A stretch of DNA of 64,000 nucleotides. Origin: an uncultured Chthonomonadaceae bacterium. Lineage in GTDB: Bacteria; Armatimonadota; Chthonomonadetes; Chthonomonadales; Chthonomonadaceae. This document shows positions 22,141 to 32,927 of the stretch, in pieces. Location: positions 64,001 to 128,000 of the forward strand of contig CAWIEK010000049.1 of the NCBI GenBank assembly GCA_963835065.1. The letters are read 5' to 3'. Under the pieces are notes generated by a model. That model searched no databases, was not told where the DNA came from, and saw nothing but the letters and a program-made list of their open reading frames with translations. The translations under genes and the position numbers were made by a program. Every line of letters starts with the position of its first letter. Position 1 is the stretch's first letter.

Positions 22141-22824
22141 TTAGGCATCCTTCTTCTCCGAAAGGTTCATCCAAACTTCTTTATTATCTTCGGGTTCAAC
22201 CGATAGCCAGAAGTCGCCGCCACGCCGTATTTCTGCCTGTCGTTTTGTTGCATAGGGCCAGGTGATTGCGTTCGGCGGGTTCAAGAACTTGCGGTAGGCC
22301 ACGCTCATCTGTCGCGCCGCCTCGCTATATCCCATCCTGCCCACTCCCGTTCCCAAACCGGGACAAGCGACAATCTCAAGCGGACGGATTGCGCTTTGTT
22401 CAGCCTGTTTATTGAAGTTCCAGACCGCAAGCAGCATGGCCCACATGGCTAGATACACATTATCCGTTTTGGAAATCATCATTGGGACGCGCATAGTTGG
22501 CGTGTGAGCGAGATAGGGATGTGTCGCATGTCCGGTTTCTACAATCATGGACGTGCCAATCGGCTGTTCGCCTCGAAAATCCGTCAGGATGCGTTCTTGT
22601 ACCCGGCGCTGAAGCTGATCCCCAAAGTAATTCGTGATGGCAAGGTCAACCCCACCATCCATCAGGCCAAACGAATTCGCCGCGCTGACCATGCAGTCAA
22701 ACGCAGGCAAATGCTCAAAGGGCGCATTCACGATCTCAACATCAGGAAAGTCATGAAAATGTTCCTGAAAGCCGTAACACATGGCGCTGTTTGGATCCAC
22801 AAGGATCAATTTGAATTCAGGCAT
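22141..22824 (-). CDS. Macro domain protein (ADP-ribose processing)
   Basis: VSAANSFGLMDGGVDLAI, PTMRVP, ACPGLGTGVG. Confidence 0.9.
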   Translation of the reverse strand: MPEFKLILVDPNSAMCYGFQEHFHDFPDVEIVNAPFEHLPAFDCMVSAANSFGLMDGGVDLAITNYFGDQLQRRVQERILTDFRGEQPIGTSMIVETGHATHPYLAHTPTMRVPMMISKTDNVYLAMWAMLLAVWNFNKQAEQSAIRPLEIVACPGLGTGVGRMGYSEAARQMSVAYRKFLNPPNAITWPYATKRQAEIRRGGDFWLSVEPEDNKEVWMNLSEKKDA

Positions 22825-22928
22825 ACGATATGTCTCCCGGTGTTCTTGTAGAAAAGCGGTTCTTTATATCATCTGTTGTCATGATTCTTCTTGACGCCCT
22901 GCTATTCCTGTGCAATCATAAAATTGCC

Positions 22929-24758
22929 ATGACCAACACCGAACACCGAACACCGAACACCTACAAAGTTCCCTTTGACAGCCTGACGTTGCGCGGCGTT
23001 GTTGCCGAACTATGCCCCTTGCTGATCGGCGGGCAGATTCAGGAGATACGGCAGCCTGCGCCTTCAGATATAACCCTCACTGTTCGCAATCTGAACAAAA
23101 CGTCTATGCTGCTGTTGTCTATTGATCCGCAGTTCGCCCGTGCTCATCTAACGACACGCCGCCGCGCCAATCCGCCCACGCCGCCCAACTTCTGCATGGC
23201 GCTGCGCAAATATCTGGAAGACGCCTGGATACGCGACATACGGCAAATCGGGTTTGACCGCATTTTAGAAATAGAAGCGGGGCCACGCAATCCTGAAGAC
23301 GACGCGCCGACATTTTCCTTAGTTGTGGAACTGATGGGTAAGCACAGCAACTTGATTCTGGTCAACGCCGAAGGCGCGATTCAGGACGCGGCCAAGCGAA
23401 TCAGCAAGCGCATCAACCGGGTTCGTGAAATCCTGCCCGGCCTGACCTATCAGCCGCCGCCCACGCAATCGGAAAAAGTCAGCCCGTTCGTTCGGGACGC
23501 CGTGCCGTTTCTGGTAAAAGAAATCGGCTCAAACCTGCACATAACGCGGCAGGAATTCGCCGGAATGTTGTCCTCGTTGTACGTCGGCATGTCGCCTTTC
23601 CTTGCGCGTGAAATGACCGAGCGGTTCGCCACACAAATAACGAATGCGCAGACGGTGGATAGTGATACGCTGAATGTGCCCTCTTCCAATGTAAAGGACG
23701 CATTGACAAAACTGTGGATGGCGACGCTTCACAGTTCGGATACGGGGCAAACATTCCGCCCCATTTTGGCGCGGAATGAAACCGGGCAGCCGTTGGGAGC
23801 CTACCCGATTTCCATTACGCACCTGCCCGATCTAAGGCAGGAACCTGTCCCTTCCTTAAACACCGCGCTTGACGATGCGTTTGTGTTTCAGGTGGAGCAG
23901 GCGGGGTTTCTTGCGGTTGCCGGTGAACTGCGCGGACAATTGCAGCAGGAGATTAAGCACACGGAGCGGCAGAAGCAGTCCGTGGAACGAACGCTTGCGG
24001 AAGCGGAACGAAGCGAGTATTACAAGCAGACAGGGGAGTTGATACTGGCAAACTTGTGGCAAATCCAATCCGGCAGCAGCGCGGTTGTGGTGCAGGACTA
24101 TTACGACCCCGCTTTCCCCGACCGAAGCATCGAACTGGATGCCCGATTAAACGGACAGGAAAACGCCGACCATTACTTCAAGCGTTATCGCAAAGCGCGG
24201 GACGCCGAAGAACGCGCTTTGGAAGAAAGCGTTCGCCTGACGGATCGCAGCGAAGAACTGCGCGTGGCAACCGCCGCCCTGAACAACGCCCGAACCGAAG
24301 AAGAACTAAAAGCGTTACGCGCCGACCTGCTTGCCCGTCATGTTCTGCGCCCGTCCCGCGACGGCAGCGACGATCCAAAACGCGCTAACGAACCCGATTT
24401 CGCCGGACACAAAATACGCCGCTATTCCGCGCAGGGCTTTGAGATACTCGTGGGCGAAACCGCAACCGCCAACGATTACCTGACCCTGCGCGTAGCCGCT
24501 CCCAACGACTGGTGGCTGCACGTTCGCGCTGCGGTCAGCGCCCACGTCATTGTCCGCTCGCATGGCAAGCCCTACGAAGTCCCGCGCCCGGTTCTGGAAC
24601 GCGCCGCTTTGATCTGCGCCCAGCACAGCCAGCAGAAACACTCTTCGCTCGTGTCCGTAGACTACACGCTCAAAAAGCACGTCCGCAAGCCGCGCGGTTC
24701 CGCCCCCGGAGCCGCCGACTACAAAAACGAGCAAACCTTAGACGTGATACCGGGATAG
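22929..24758 (+). CDS. rqcH: Ribosome quality control protein RqcH/Rqc2 (NFACT/FbpA)
   Basis: PFDSL, FCMALRKYL, FDRIL, ELMGKHSNLIL, ENADHYFKRYRK, DWWLH, VDYT. Confidence 0.92.
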   Translation: MTNTEHRTPNTYKVPFDSLTLRGVVAELCPLLIGGQIQEIRQPAPSDITLTVRNLNKTSMLLLSIDPQFARAHLTTRRRANPPTPPNFCMALRKYLEDAWIRDIRQIGFDRILEIEAGPRNPEDDAPTFSLVVELMGKHSNLILVNAEGAIQDAAKRISKRINRVREILPGLTYQPPPTQSEKVSPFVRDAVPFLVKEIGSNLHITRQEFAGMLSSLYVGMSPFLAREMTERFATQITNAQTVDSDTLNVPSSNVKDALTKLWMATLHSSDTGQTFRPILARNETGQPLGAYPISITHLPDLRQEPVPSLNTALDDAFVFQVEQAGFLAVAGELRGQLQQEIKHTERQKQSVERTLAEAERSEYYKQTGELILANLWQIQSGSSAVVVQDYYDPAFPDRSIELDARLNGQENADHYFKRYRKARDAEERALEESVRLTDRSEELRVATAALNNARTEEELKALRADLLARHVLRPSRDGSDDPKRANEPDFAGHKIRRYSAQGFEILVGETATANDYLTLRVAAPNDWWLHVRAAVSAHVIVRSHGKPYEVPRPVLERAALICAQHSQQKHSSLVSVDYTLKKHVRKPRGSAPGAADYKNEQTLDVIPG

Positions 24759-24759
24759 T

Positions 24760-24889
24760 TCACCACAGAGGCACAGAGACACAGAGGGGGCACAAGGAGA
24801 AAAGAACGGAAAAGGAAATGCGGTTCCTATCTCTCCTCTTCCCTTTTCTTCTCTGTGAGCCCCTCTGTGTCTCTGTGCCTCTGTGGTGA
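24760..24889. repeat. Long palindromic intergenic element (CACAGAGA family); possible bidirectional terminator
   Basis: Perfect 30-bp arms TCACCACAGAGGCACAGAGACACAGAGGGG between convergent rqcH and nadA. Confidence 0.9.
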
Positions 24890-24890
24890 G

Positions 24891-25987
24891 CTATGTGATG
24901 TTCAGCATCCGGGTCAGGGAGGTTCGGGCATCGTGGGCGATTTCCGGCTTTACGCGGACTTGATTGACGATTTTGCTCTGCACCAGATTTTCCATTGTCC
25001 AGAGCAGATAGCCGGGATGGATGCGGTACATCGTGGAGCAGGGGCATACGACTGGGTCAAGGCAGAAAATCGTTTTGTCCGGCATCTCCTGTGCCAGTCG
25101 GCTGACGAGGTTGATTTCGGTTCCCACTGCCCATGTTGTGCCCGCAGGCGCTTTGCGGATCGTGTCGAGGATGTATTCTGTCGAGCCGTTCAGGTCTGCC
25201 GCTTTGACCACTTCCAGCGAACATTCCGGGTGAACGATGGCCTGAACGCCGGGAAATCCTGCCGCGCCTTTGCAATCTGTTCTACCGTAAAGCGGGCATG
25301 AACCGAACAGTGCCCTTTCCATAGCAGCACTTTCTTGTTGGCAATGTCTTCGGGCGTGTTGCCGCCCATCGGCTTGTGCGGATCCCACAGCAGCATATCG
25401 CGGTCAGGGTCCAGTCCAAGCGCCACGCAGGTATTGCGCCCAAGATGCTGATCGGGGAAGAACATCAGTTTTTCGCCATTGGCAAATGCCCATTCGATCA
25501 CCTTGCGCGCATTGGAAGATGTACAGCACGCCCCGCCATTGCGCCCGACAAACGCCTTGATTGCGGCTGTTGAATTAACGTAAGTAATCGGCACGATTTT
25601 ACCGGTGTCCGTCACACTCGCAATGTTGTCCCATGCATCCTGAACCTGCCCGATGTTTGCCATGTCCGCCATCGAACAGCCCGCGCTCATGTTGGGCAAA
25701 ATCACAACCTGCTCGTCCGTCGTCAGAACATCGGCGGACTCGGCCATAAAGTGAACGCCGCAGAAAATAATCGTTTTCGCTTCCGGGTGCTGCGCAGCTA
25801 GTTGAGACAGTTTCAGACTGTCTCCCCTAAAATCCGCCCACTTGATAATCTCGTCGCGCTGGTAATGATGCCCCAAAATAATCAAGTCTTCGCCAAGACA
25901 GCGGCGGGCATGGGCAATCCGCGCGTCCGTTTCTTCCTGTGTAAGCCGGGTAAGTTCTATCGGCAAGGGCTGTTGAAACATAATCAC
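24891..25987 (-). CDS. nadA: Quinolinate synthase A, frameshift near 25255
   Basis: GHHYQ, GDSLKL, FCGVHFMAE, AGCSMA, GHCSVH, HPEC, CPCSTM. Confidence 0.95.
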
Positions 25988-25988
25988 C

Positions 25989-26360
25989 TCACTCCTCAGT
26001 TCGCTGCCGCGTTATCTCCACGCCAACCGCGCCCACAATGGCGTTCATCGGCGGCAGCAGTTTGCGAACGCATAACTTTGTCGCTTGAACTTGTACAAAA
26101 TGCTCAAAAATCGTCTGCGCCATCTGATCGGCCAGCCGCTCCAACAGGTGGAATTGCGTTTGGGTTCCCATTTCCACAAGGATTTGCGCGACTTCGGCAT
26201 AGTTGACGGTATCGCTTACCGCATCACTGGCAATCGCGGCCCGCGTATCTACTATCATACGAACATCCACGCGGTAGCGATGCCCCACCGCCTGTTCTGC
26301 GTCAGGAACGCCGTGAAATCCGTAAAATTCCAGCCCTTCTATCAGAATGGTGTCCGCCAT
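25989..26360 (-). CDS. folB: Dihydroneopterin aldolase
   Basis: FYGFHGV..E, DTVNYAE, FHLLERLA. Confidence 0.95.
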   Translation of the reverse strand: MADTILIEGLEFYGFHGVPDAEQAVGHRYRVDVRMIVDTRAAIASDAVSDTVNYAEVAQILVEMGTQTQFHLLERLADQMAQTIFEHFVQVQATKLCVRKLLPPMNAIVGAVGVEITRQRTEE

Positions 26361-26558
26361 TGTCCGTTCGCCTATTTCCTTAATATACGCTTGCAAATGG
26401 CGCTTTTATCGAAACGTCGGCGCAGGCCGTAACGTATGCACAGTTAATCCAACGGAATAGTCAACAAGGTATGATACAGAGTATTGTACCAGATGCAGGC
26501 GGCATGGTTTCGCCTGTTGTGCCGCTCGAAGCCGGTGTTCCACTGGTTTCGCAGACTG

Positions 26559-26587
26559 TTGACAACCGCGAGTAAATTCCGCATAAT
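26559..26587 (+). promoter_or_regulatory. Sigma70-type promoter for the steA operon
   Basis: TTGACA-N17-CATAAT. Confidence 0.55.
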
Positions 26588-26613
26588 GCTTGCAGCCATT
26601 CGGTGTTGCCTTC

Positions 26614-27789
26614 ATGCCACTATTGAGCAAAGAAACTCTGATACCTCCGGCAAACGCGCAGGTCTTGCGCGTACGCAAGGACAGGCGCACCAAGAACCTG
26701 ACGCGACGCTTGCGCCCCGGCGACATTGCGATTATCCATCATGCCGATTTGGATACCACCGCCGCCCGCGCTCTGGTGGACGCGCATGTCGGCGCGGTTG
26801 TCAATGCTGAAATGAGCATTACGGGACGCTATCCGAATCGCGGTCCGAACGTGCTGCTGGAAGCGGGCATTCCTCTGCTGGATAACATCGGGAGTGAAGC
26901 GTTCGATGCCATTCCCGACGACGGCGCGGTGACACTGAGCGGTGATTGCCTGCGCCTTGAAAACGGAACCTGCATCCACGGAACCCTGCTGACGGCTGAA
27001 CTTGTCGCGCAGCAAATGGAAGCCGCCCGCGCAAATCTAAGCGTGGAATTGGACCATTTCGCCCGCAACACGCTGGAATACCTGAACAATGAAAAGGCGC
27101 TGCTGTTTGATCCCGTAGACGTGCCGCGCTTGAAAACCAACTTCAAGGACAAACATGTTCTCATTGTGGTGCGCGGCGAGGGTTATAAAGACGACCTGGC
27201 TCTTCTCAATCAATACCTGCGCGACGTTCGTCCCGTCCTGCTGGCGGTAGATGGCGGCGCGGACGCTTTGCTGGAAGCCCGCCTGCGCCCGGATATTATT
27301 TTGGGCGATATGGACAGCGTCAGTGACGCCGCCCTGCGCTGTGGCGCTGAAATCATCGTGCATGGGTATGCGCGGGGGGATGAGCGGGGCGCTCCCGGTA
27401 TGGAGCGGATGCAGCAATTAGGGATTAATGCGACAGTCTTCCACGCGGCGGGTACAAGTGAAGATGTTGCTATGCTGCTTGCCGATGAACTGGGAGCGCA
27501 GTTGATTGTCGCTGTCGGGACGCATTTCAGTTTGGAAGATTTTCTGGATAAGGGCCGGCGCGGCATGGCAAGCACGTTTTTGACGCGCCTGCGCATCGGC
27601 TCGAAACTGGTGGACGCCAAAGGCATTGCCCGCCTGTGGAAAGGCGGCAGCCGAATCAATGTCGGCGGCATAGCGCTGGTTGTCTTCGCGGCGGCAACGC
27701 CGATTGTCGCCACGTTTCTCCTCACATCAGGAGGACAAACCCTGCTGCAAGCGTTAGGCGTCTGGTTTCGTATTCACTTTCACCGGTAA
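26614..27789 (+). CDS. steA: SteA-like protein (thiamine-pyrophosphokinase-like domain, C-terminal TM)
   Basis: DRRTKNL..LRPGDIAIIHHADLD, SITGRYPNRGP, VDGGADAL, GTSEDVA, FLDKGRRGMASTFLTRL. Confidence 0.88.
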   Translation: MPLLSKETLIPPANAQVLRVRKDRRTKNLTRRLRPGDIAIIHHADLDTTAARALVDAHVGAVVNAEMSITGRYPNRGPNVLLEAGIPLLDNIGSEAFDAIPDDGAVTLSGDCLRLENGTCIHGTLLTAELVAQQMEAARANLSVELDHFARNTLEYLNNEKALLFDPVDVPRLKTNFKDKHVLIVVRGEGYKDDLALLNQYLRDVRPVLLAVDGGADALLEARLRPDIILGDMDSVSDAALRCGAEIIVHGYARGDERGAPGMERMQQLGINATVFHAAGTSEDVAMLLADELGAQLIVAVGTHFSLEDFLDKGRRGMASTFLTRLRIGSKLVDAKGIARLWKGGSRINVGGIALVVFAAATPIVATFLLTSGGQTLLQALGVWFRIHFHR

Positions 27790-27833
27790 ACTTATACACC
27801 GGCTCGAACAATAACTTCAAGAAGGTTTAACTT

Positions 27834-28346
27834 ATGGCGATAGCGTTTGCAATTTTGCTGCTGCTTTTGGGAACCGTAGCGATGCTTGCCGCAACGGTGA
27901 TGATGTCGGCGCGTAAGGCGGTCAAGTCGTTTCTGGACGGGTTTCCGCGCCAACTCCATGCGCTCATGGCCGAGTCGGACCCGAAAGTAAAGAAGTCACT
28001 GGAAATGCTGGAACGCCTGCCCAAAATCAGCCTTGCGGTGGGCGGCGCGGGGCTGGCTTTTTTTCTGGTGGGCGTGTACCTGACACATTCCGTCGTGGCG
28101 CAGATCATTCTGCTCGTTTTGGGCGCGATTGTGGCGCTGCTGGTCTTCAAGTTCCGTGACCGATTGACGCCCCTGCTGAAAAAGCAATTGACGGATCAGA
28201 TGAAAAAGCAGGCCGCCAAACAGCCGCCCATGACCCCGCAGCAGATACGTAAAAGTATGCAGGACGCCCGCAGCGCCGTTCGTCCCGCCAACACGCCGCC
28301 AAGCAACCGTCAGCAGCGGCGGGAAGCGCAAAGGAAAAAGCAGTAG
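27834..28346 (+). CDS. Small membrane protein with basic C-terminal tail
   Basis: Three hydrophobic segments; inside the steA-steB operon. Confidence 0.7.
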   Translation: MAIAFAILLLLLGTVAMLAATVMMSARKAVKSFLDGFPRQLHALMAESDPKVKKSLEMLERLPKISLAVGGAGLAFFLVGVYLTHSVVAQIILLVLGAIVALLVFKFRDRLTPLLKKQLTDQMKKQAAKQPPMTPQQIRKSMQDARSAVRPANTPPSNRQQRREAQRKKQ

Positions 28347-28347
28347 C

Positions 28348-29301
28348 ATGGGGCTTGGCTTCAAATACCATGTGGTGACAATCGCCGCCATTTTCTTCGC
28401 GCTGACAATCGGGCTGGTTGTCGGCAGCCTGTTCGGGTCGCCTCGCGTTCCGCAAACAACGATGATTGCCATTGAAGCCCTGAAAAGATCGCAGGCCGTT
28501 CTGGAAAAGAATACCAATGATGTGAAGCAGGAGCGCGACGCCCTGCAAGTGTGCCTGCATCAATCCCTGCCTTTTGCGCTGAAAGGAAAATTGAGCGGGC
28601 TTTCCCTTGCCGTCGTGCAAACTTCAGCCGATGCCGGGGAACTGACTTCGGATGTACGCGATACTTTGGCGCAGGCCGGGGCAAGAATTATTTCCGTGAC
28701 GCTGTTGGAGCGCCCTTTCGAGCAGCCGGACGAACTGCTTTTGCCCCGCTTAAACGCGCAAAAAGGAGCCAATTCCCGCTTCCCTGCGGACCGCGCGGAA
28801 CTTGCCACGCGCATAGCCTCTATTTTACAGTCCGGCGAGTCGGTTCCTGCGCCACCTGTCAATACTTCATCTGGCGACAACAATCCGTCGTCCGGTAACG
28901 CGCCCGCCAATACAAATCTCGGTTCCGGCAATCCTGATGCCAATACCACCAACGCCAACAACGGAGCCGTTACAGGCGTTCTGATGCCGCAATTGCAGGA
29001 TGCCGGACTGCTTCACATTGAGCCGGATAGCCGTTATGATGTTCCGGTTCGTATCGTTATACTGCTGACCGGCAGCCACAGCGAAGCGACCAGCCTTGCG
29101 CAGAATGTGGACGTGCCCTTGATTGCCGCCCTGCAAAAAACGGGAATTACCGTGTACGCCTGCGAAGCGCAGGATGTGACCACTTCCAGTTTCACCGCGT
29201 ACCGCGCGGCTTCGCTGCAAGTGACAACCGTAGACCGCGCCAACACCGATCCCGGACGGTGGCAGTTAATTTCCGCCCTTTCCAGCCCCACATCCCAATG
29301 A
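28348..29301 (+). CDS. steB: SteB/MctB-like (DUF3186) protein
   Basis: FKYHVVTIAAIFFALTIGLVVG, coiled coil, GKLSG, TTVD...GRWQL. Confidence 0.82.
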   Translation: MGLGFKYHVVTIAAIFFALTIGLVVGSLFGSPRVPQTTMIAIEALKRSQAVLEKNTNDVKQERDALQVCLHQSLPFALKGKLSGLSLAVVQTSADAGELTSDVRDTLAQAGARIISVTLLERPFEQPDELLLPRLNAQKGANSRFPADRAELATRIASILQSGESVPAPPVNTSSGDNNPSSGNAPANTNLGSGNPDANTTNANNGAVTGVLMPQLQDAGLLHIEPDSRYDVPVRIVILLTGSHSEATSLAQNVDVPLIAALQKTGITVYACEAQDVTTSSFTAYRAASLQVTTVDRANTDPGRWQLISALSSPTSQ

Positions 29302-30077
29302 TTTCCGTCATCATCCCTGCCTACAACGAATCGGAGCGCATTGCCGCAACCCTGCAAGCGATACGCGCCCTGCCCGAAATCAGTGAAATCGTTGTCGTAG
29401 ACGATGGTTCGACGGACGACACTGCCGGATGCGCCGAATCTGCGGGAGCGGATGTGGTGTTACGGCAAGCCAACGGCGGCAAGGGCGCAGCGCTGCAAGC
29501 CGGATTCGCCATGACGAGCGGCGATATTCTGCTGCTTTTAGACGCGGATTTAGGCGAAACGGCTGCCGAGGCAGGCAAGCTGATTGCGCCCCTGCTTGCA
29601 AACGAGGCGGACATGAGCATTGCCACGTTTCCCGTGATTCCCGGCAAGGGCGGCGGCGTAGGATTGGTTGTCCAACTGTCGCGCTGGGGTATTCGTAAAC
29701 TGACCGGGCGGACGATGCAGGCTCCGCTTTCCGGGCAGCGCGCGGTACAGCGCGAGGTGATTACAAACGGCGGCGGGTTTGCTTCGGGGTGGGGCGTGGA
29801 AGTGGCGCTCACGGTACGCGCCTTGCAGCAGGGGTATCGGGTTGTGGAAGTCCCGACAGAAATGACGCACCGGGTCACGGGCAGGACATGGGGCGCGGTT
29901 TTGCACCGGGCAAAGCAGTTTACGGCGGCAGGTCGTGTGCTATTGCGTCTCCGGCTTCATCCCGCCCCACGTATCACACGGAGTGAGTTGAAAGCCTTGC
30001 CGTCAGATACGAACCCTGTGTCAGATACTACCCCCGCCCCGCCTGTCACGCCCTTACCCGGAAAGGAACAGCCGTAA
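29298..30077 (+). CDS. Glycosyltransferase family 2
   Basis: ISVIIPAYNE, VVDDGSTD, NGGKGAA, LLLDAD, PLSGQRA. Confidence 0.93.
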   Translation: MISVIIPAYNESERIAATLQAIRALPEISEIVVVDDGSTDDTAGCAESAGADVVLRQANGGKGAALQAGFAMTSGDILLLLDADLGETAAEAGKLIAPLLANEADMSIATFPVIPGKGGGVGLVVQLSRWGIRKLTGRTMQAPLSGQRAVQREVITNGGGFASGWGVEVALTVRALQQGYRVVEVPTEMTHRVTGRTWGAVLHRAKQFTAAGRVLLRLRLHPAPRITRSELKALPSDTNPVSDTTPAPPVTPLPGKEQP

Positions 30078-31052
30078 TGGACGAGATCGGGAGTGATCCG
30101 GGCGCGTCCTTTCCCGCAAATGGCATCAGCGGACTGTTCGACAGCCTTGATCGCCTGCTTCAGCATGTCGGGCAGCGCATCGGCATTGTCGGCGCATGGC
30201 GAACGCAGGGAATGTTATCTTCGCGTGGCCTGCTTCTCGCTCTGTTCGGCCTGTTGTTCCTGCCAATCGTTTTCGTGGGCGTCAATCGTTTGCTTCTCCG
30301 CTTCAACCGCGTGGAAGCCAATTTTCGCGGCGAACGAATCCCGCAAAGTTTCGGACTGGCAATTCTGCTATGGTCAAGCGTCATGCTGATGTTGAACGCC
30401 GAACTGTTCGCCGTTCAGCGCCGGGAAAGTCTGCTGTGGCTGCTGTGCGTCATCGGCTTCGGCCTGCTTGGATTTGTGGATGACACATGGGGAACCAAGC
30501 GCATCAAGGGTTTGCGCGGTCACTTTCGCGCCGCTCTGCGCGAACGTACCATTACAACCGGCTTCGTAAAGGCCGTTGGCGGCGCGATGCTGGCGTTGTT
30601 CCTCGGCTGGCAGTTGGAACCGGAAAGTCCCGCGCTTGCCCTGCTGGATGCCGCCCTAATCGCTCTCAGCGCCAACGCCATCAACCTGCTGGATTTACGT
30701 CCCGGACGCGCAGGAGGGGTGTTTCTGTTATTGGCGTTTCCGTTGTGCTTCTGGGTCGCTGATTTCCGGTTTGGCAGGAACGCCCCTGCTGCTGTTCATA
30801 CTCATTCCCGCCCTGCTCGTATGGCAGCGCGATTCAAGAGCGCAGGTAATGATGGGGGATACGGGCAGTAATTTGCTAGGCGCAACGCTCGGCCTGTCAC
30901 TCGCTGCCCCGCCCGTCAACATTCCCGTTCGGCTCACGGCTTTGCTGCTGCTGCTGGCCCTGCACATTCTTGCCGAACGCCTGTCCCTGACGAAACTGAT
31001 AGAACAAAAGCCGTTCCTGCAAAGGCTGGATCGGCTCACAGGAGTTCGCTGA
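30077..31052 (+). CDS. MraY/WecA-like polyprenol-phosphate sugar-1-phosphate transferase, frameshift near 30770
   Basis: GFVDD, GLRGH, NAINLLDLRPGRA, MMGDTGSNLLG; many TMs. Confidence 0.85.
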
Positions 31053-31074
31053 AAAGAGGAGTTCTCGAAAAAAG

Positions 31075-31584
31075 ATGGAAGATTTGGAGCCAAACACCCG
31101 CGCAGACGTAACCGTAAAACGCGCCGAACGCGAAAACCTGCCCACCTTATTGCGCCTCATCGAAGCCCTTGCCGATTTCGAGAAACTCGCGCCGCCGGAT
31201 AGCGGGGCGCGGCAGCGCTTGGAGCAGCACGGCTGGCCTGAGAACGGACAAAAACCCCTGTTCACCGCATGGCTGGCATATCGCCACGACGCGCAAACCG
31301 GCGACGCCACGCCCGCCGCCTACGCCATCACGTTCCTGACTTACTCCTCATTTCTCTGCCGCCCCACGTTTTACATCGAAGACATTTTCGTCCTGCCCGA
31401 TTTTCGGCGGCACGGCATAGGCACGTTCTTCATGGAACATCTCAAGCGGGAAGCCGAAACGCAGCAGTGCGGTCGCATGGAATGGGTCGTGCTGGACTGG
31501 AACACCGATGCACAAGTTTTCTACCAAAAGTTCGGCGCACAACATCTGTCGGAATGGCAGTGTTACCGCCTACGGCTGGATTAG
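31075..31584 (+). CDS. GNAT N-acetyltransferase (SSAT-like)
   Basis: YIEDIFVLPDFRRHGIG, RMEWVVLDWN..FY. Confidence 0.92.
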   Translation: MEDLEPNTRADVTVKRAERENLPTLLRLIEALADFEKLAPPDSGARQRLEQHGWPENGQKPLFTAWLAYRHDAQTGDATPAAYAITFLTYSSFLCRPTFYIEDIFVLPDFRRHGIGTFFMEHLKREAETQQCGRMEWVVLDWNTDAQVFYQKFGAQHLSEWQCYRLRLD

Positions 31585-31635
31585 TCCCTAATCCAACACC
31601 GTTCAAATAAGACAATTCTATTCTCAAAACAATGG

Positions 31636-31725
31636 CGTAGGGACACAACATGTTGTGTCCTCTTCCTGCGATGCGGCGGGCGGGCACGGGTTAGAAGGGC
31701 GGGCACAACATGTTGTGCCCCTACG
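31636..31725. repeat. GTAG-type REP doublet
   Basis: CGTAGGGACACAACATGTTGTGTCC ... GGGCACAACATGTTGTGCCCCTACG, inverted pair of palindromes. Confidence 0.8.
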
Positions 31726-31767
31726 AACTCTTATTTGAACGGTATTGTTCCTAATTCGCTACATCTG

Positions 31768-32737
31768 TCATGCCGCCACGCGGCATTGGGCACAAAGCGT
31801 AATCTTTCCCGCGTCTGTCGAGTGCCAGTTTTGGCATTGCATACATTGCGCATACCGTTTTACATGGGAAACCAACTTGCAACGCTCCAGCAGGCAGATG
31901 GCGGTATACGTGAGGTCTAGTTGTCTCGGCAGCAGGCCGTGACGCGCCGAAGCGGGGCGAAAATGGTGGTTGTTGTGCCAGCCTTCTCCCAACGCGAGGA
32001 CGCCGACGATGACGTTGTTCTTGCTTTTGTCTCGGGTTCCCGGAAACGGCTGCTGTCCCCATAGATGGCAAACGGAATTCACGCTCCATGTAATATGATG
32101 GCTGAGGAACAAGCGCACCATACCCGCCCACAAAAAGGCGTTCCAGCCGAAACACAGGGGCACGAACAGCCCGGCCAGCAGCCAGAAATAGCACGTGCGA
32201 TGCACGAAACCGCGCGGCAGGCGTGTCGGCAGACTGGCAGGCTTTGCTGCTTACATGGATGGTATCGCGGAACAGCCAGCCGGTATGCGCGTGAAGCCAT
32301 TGATAAATTTTTTCAAAGCGCATGCCCTCAAACCGGCGCGTGTGCGGCGAGTGCAGATCGTTTTCGCTGTCGCTGTGGGAATGGTGGTAGAGATGGTCAT
32401 GCGCCCAGACAATCGGGGAACTCATTCCCGCAATCGCGCCTAAAATTAGCAGCGCGTATTGCACGACGGGATGCGCCTTGAACGCCTGATGGGTCAACAT
32501 GCGATGGTAGCCTGCTGTGGTTCCGAGGTTTGTGAGGGAAGCGAGGACAAAAGCCAGGAGGGGATAGCCCCATGAAACATGGCCGCGCGTCAAAGCAATG
32601 GCCGCATAAAAGGTCAGGCACGGCGGCGCGACAACCGCAAGAAACATTCCGATTTTTTCCAGTCCGGGACGCGACCTTGTTTTCAGCGTTGCACTTGGTA
32701 TTTCGTTCCCAACCCTCGGCGTAACATGTAACCCCAT
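31768..32737 (-). CDS. Delta-9 acyl-CoA/acyl-lipid desaturase, frameshift near 32210
   Basis: His boxes GYHRMLTH, HLYHH, GEGWHNNHH; WSVNSVCH. Confidence 0.9.
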
Positions 32738-32927
32738 ATTCTCAATGCTCTTTCTGTAAACAGGAAATAACGGCCATCAGTATGGCCGTCAATAGTGAAA
32801 AACCAACCTGCGCATAAATGGCAGTAGTTTTATTCCTATAGGTAGAACTATCTGCCGCCAGATGTGGACACAGAGGTTTATACCTTCTTTTGTACGTATT
32901 AAGACATATTTCGTCTGCAGCCTTTTT

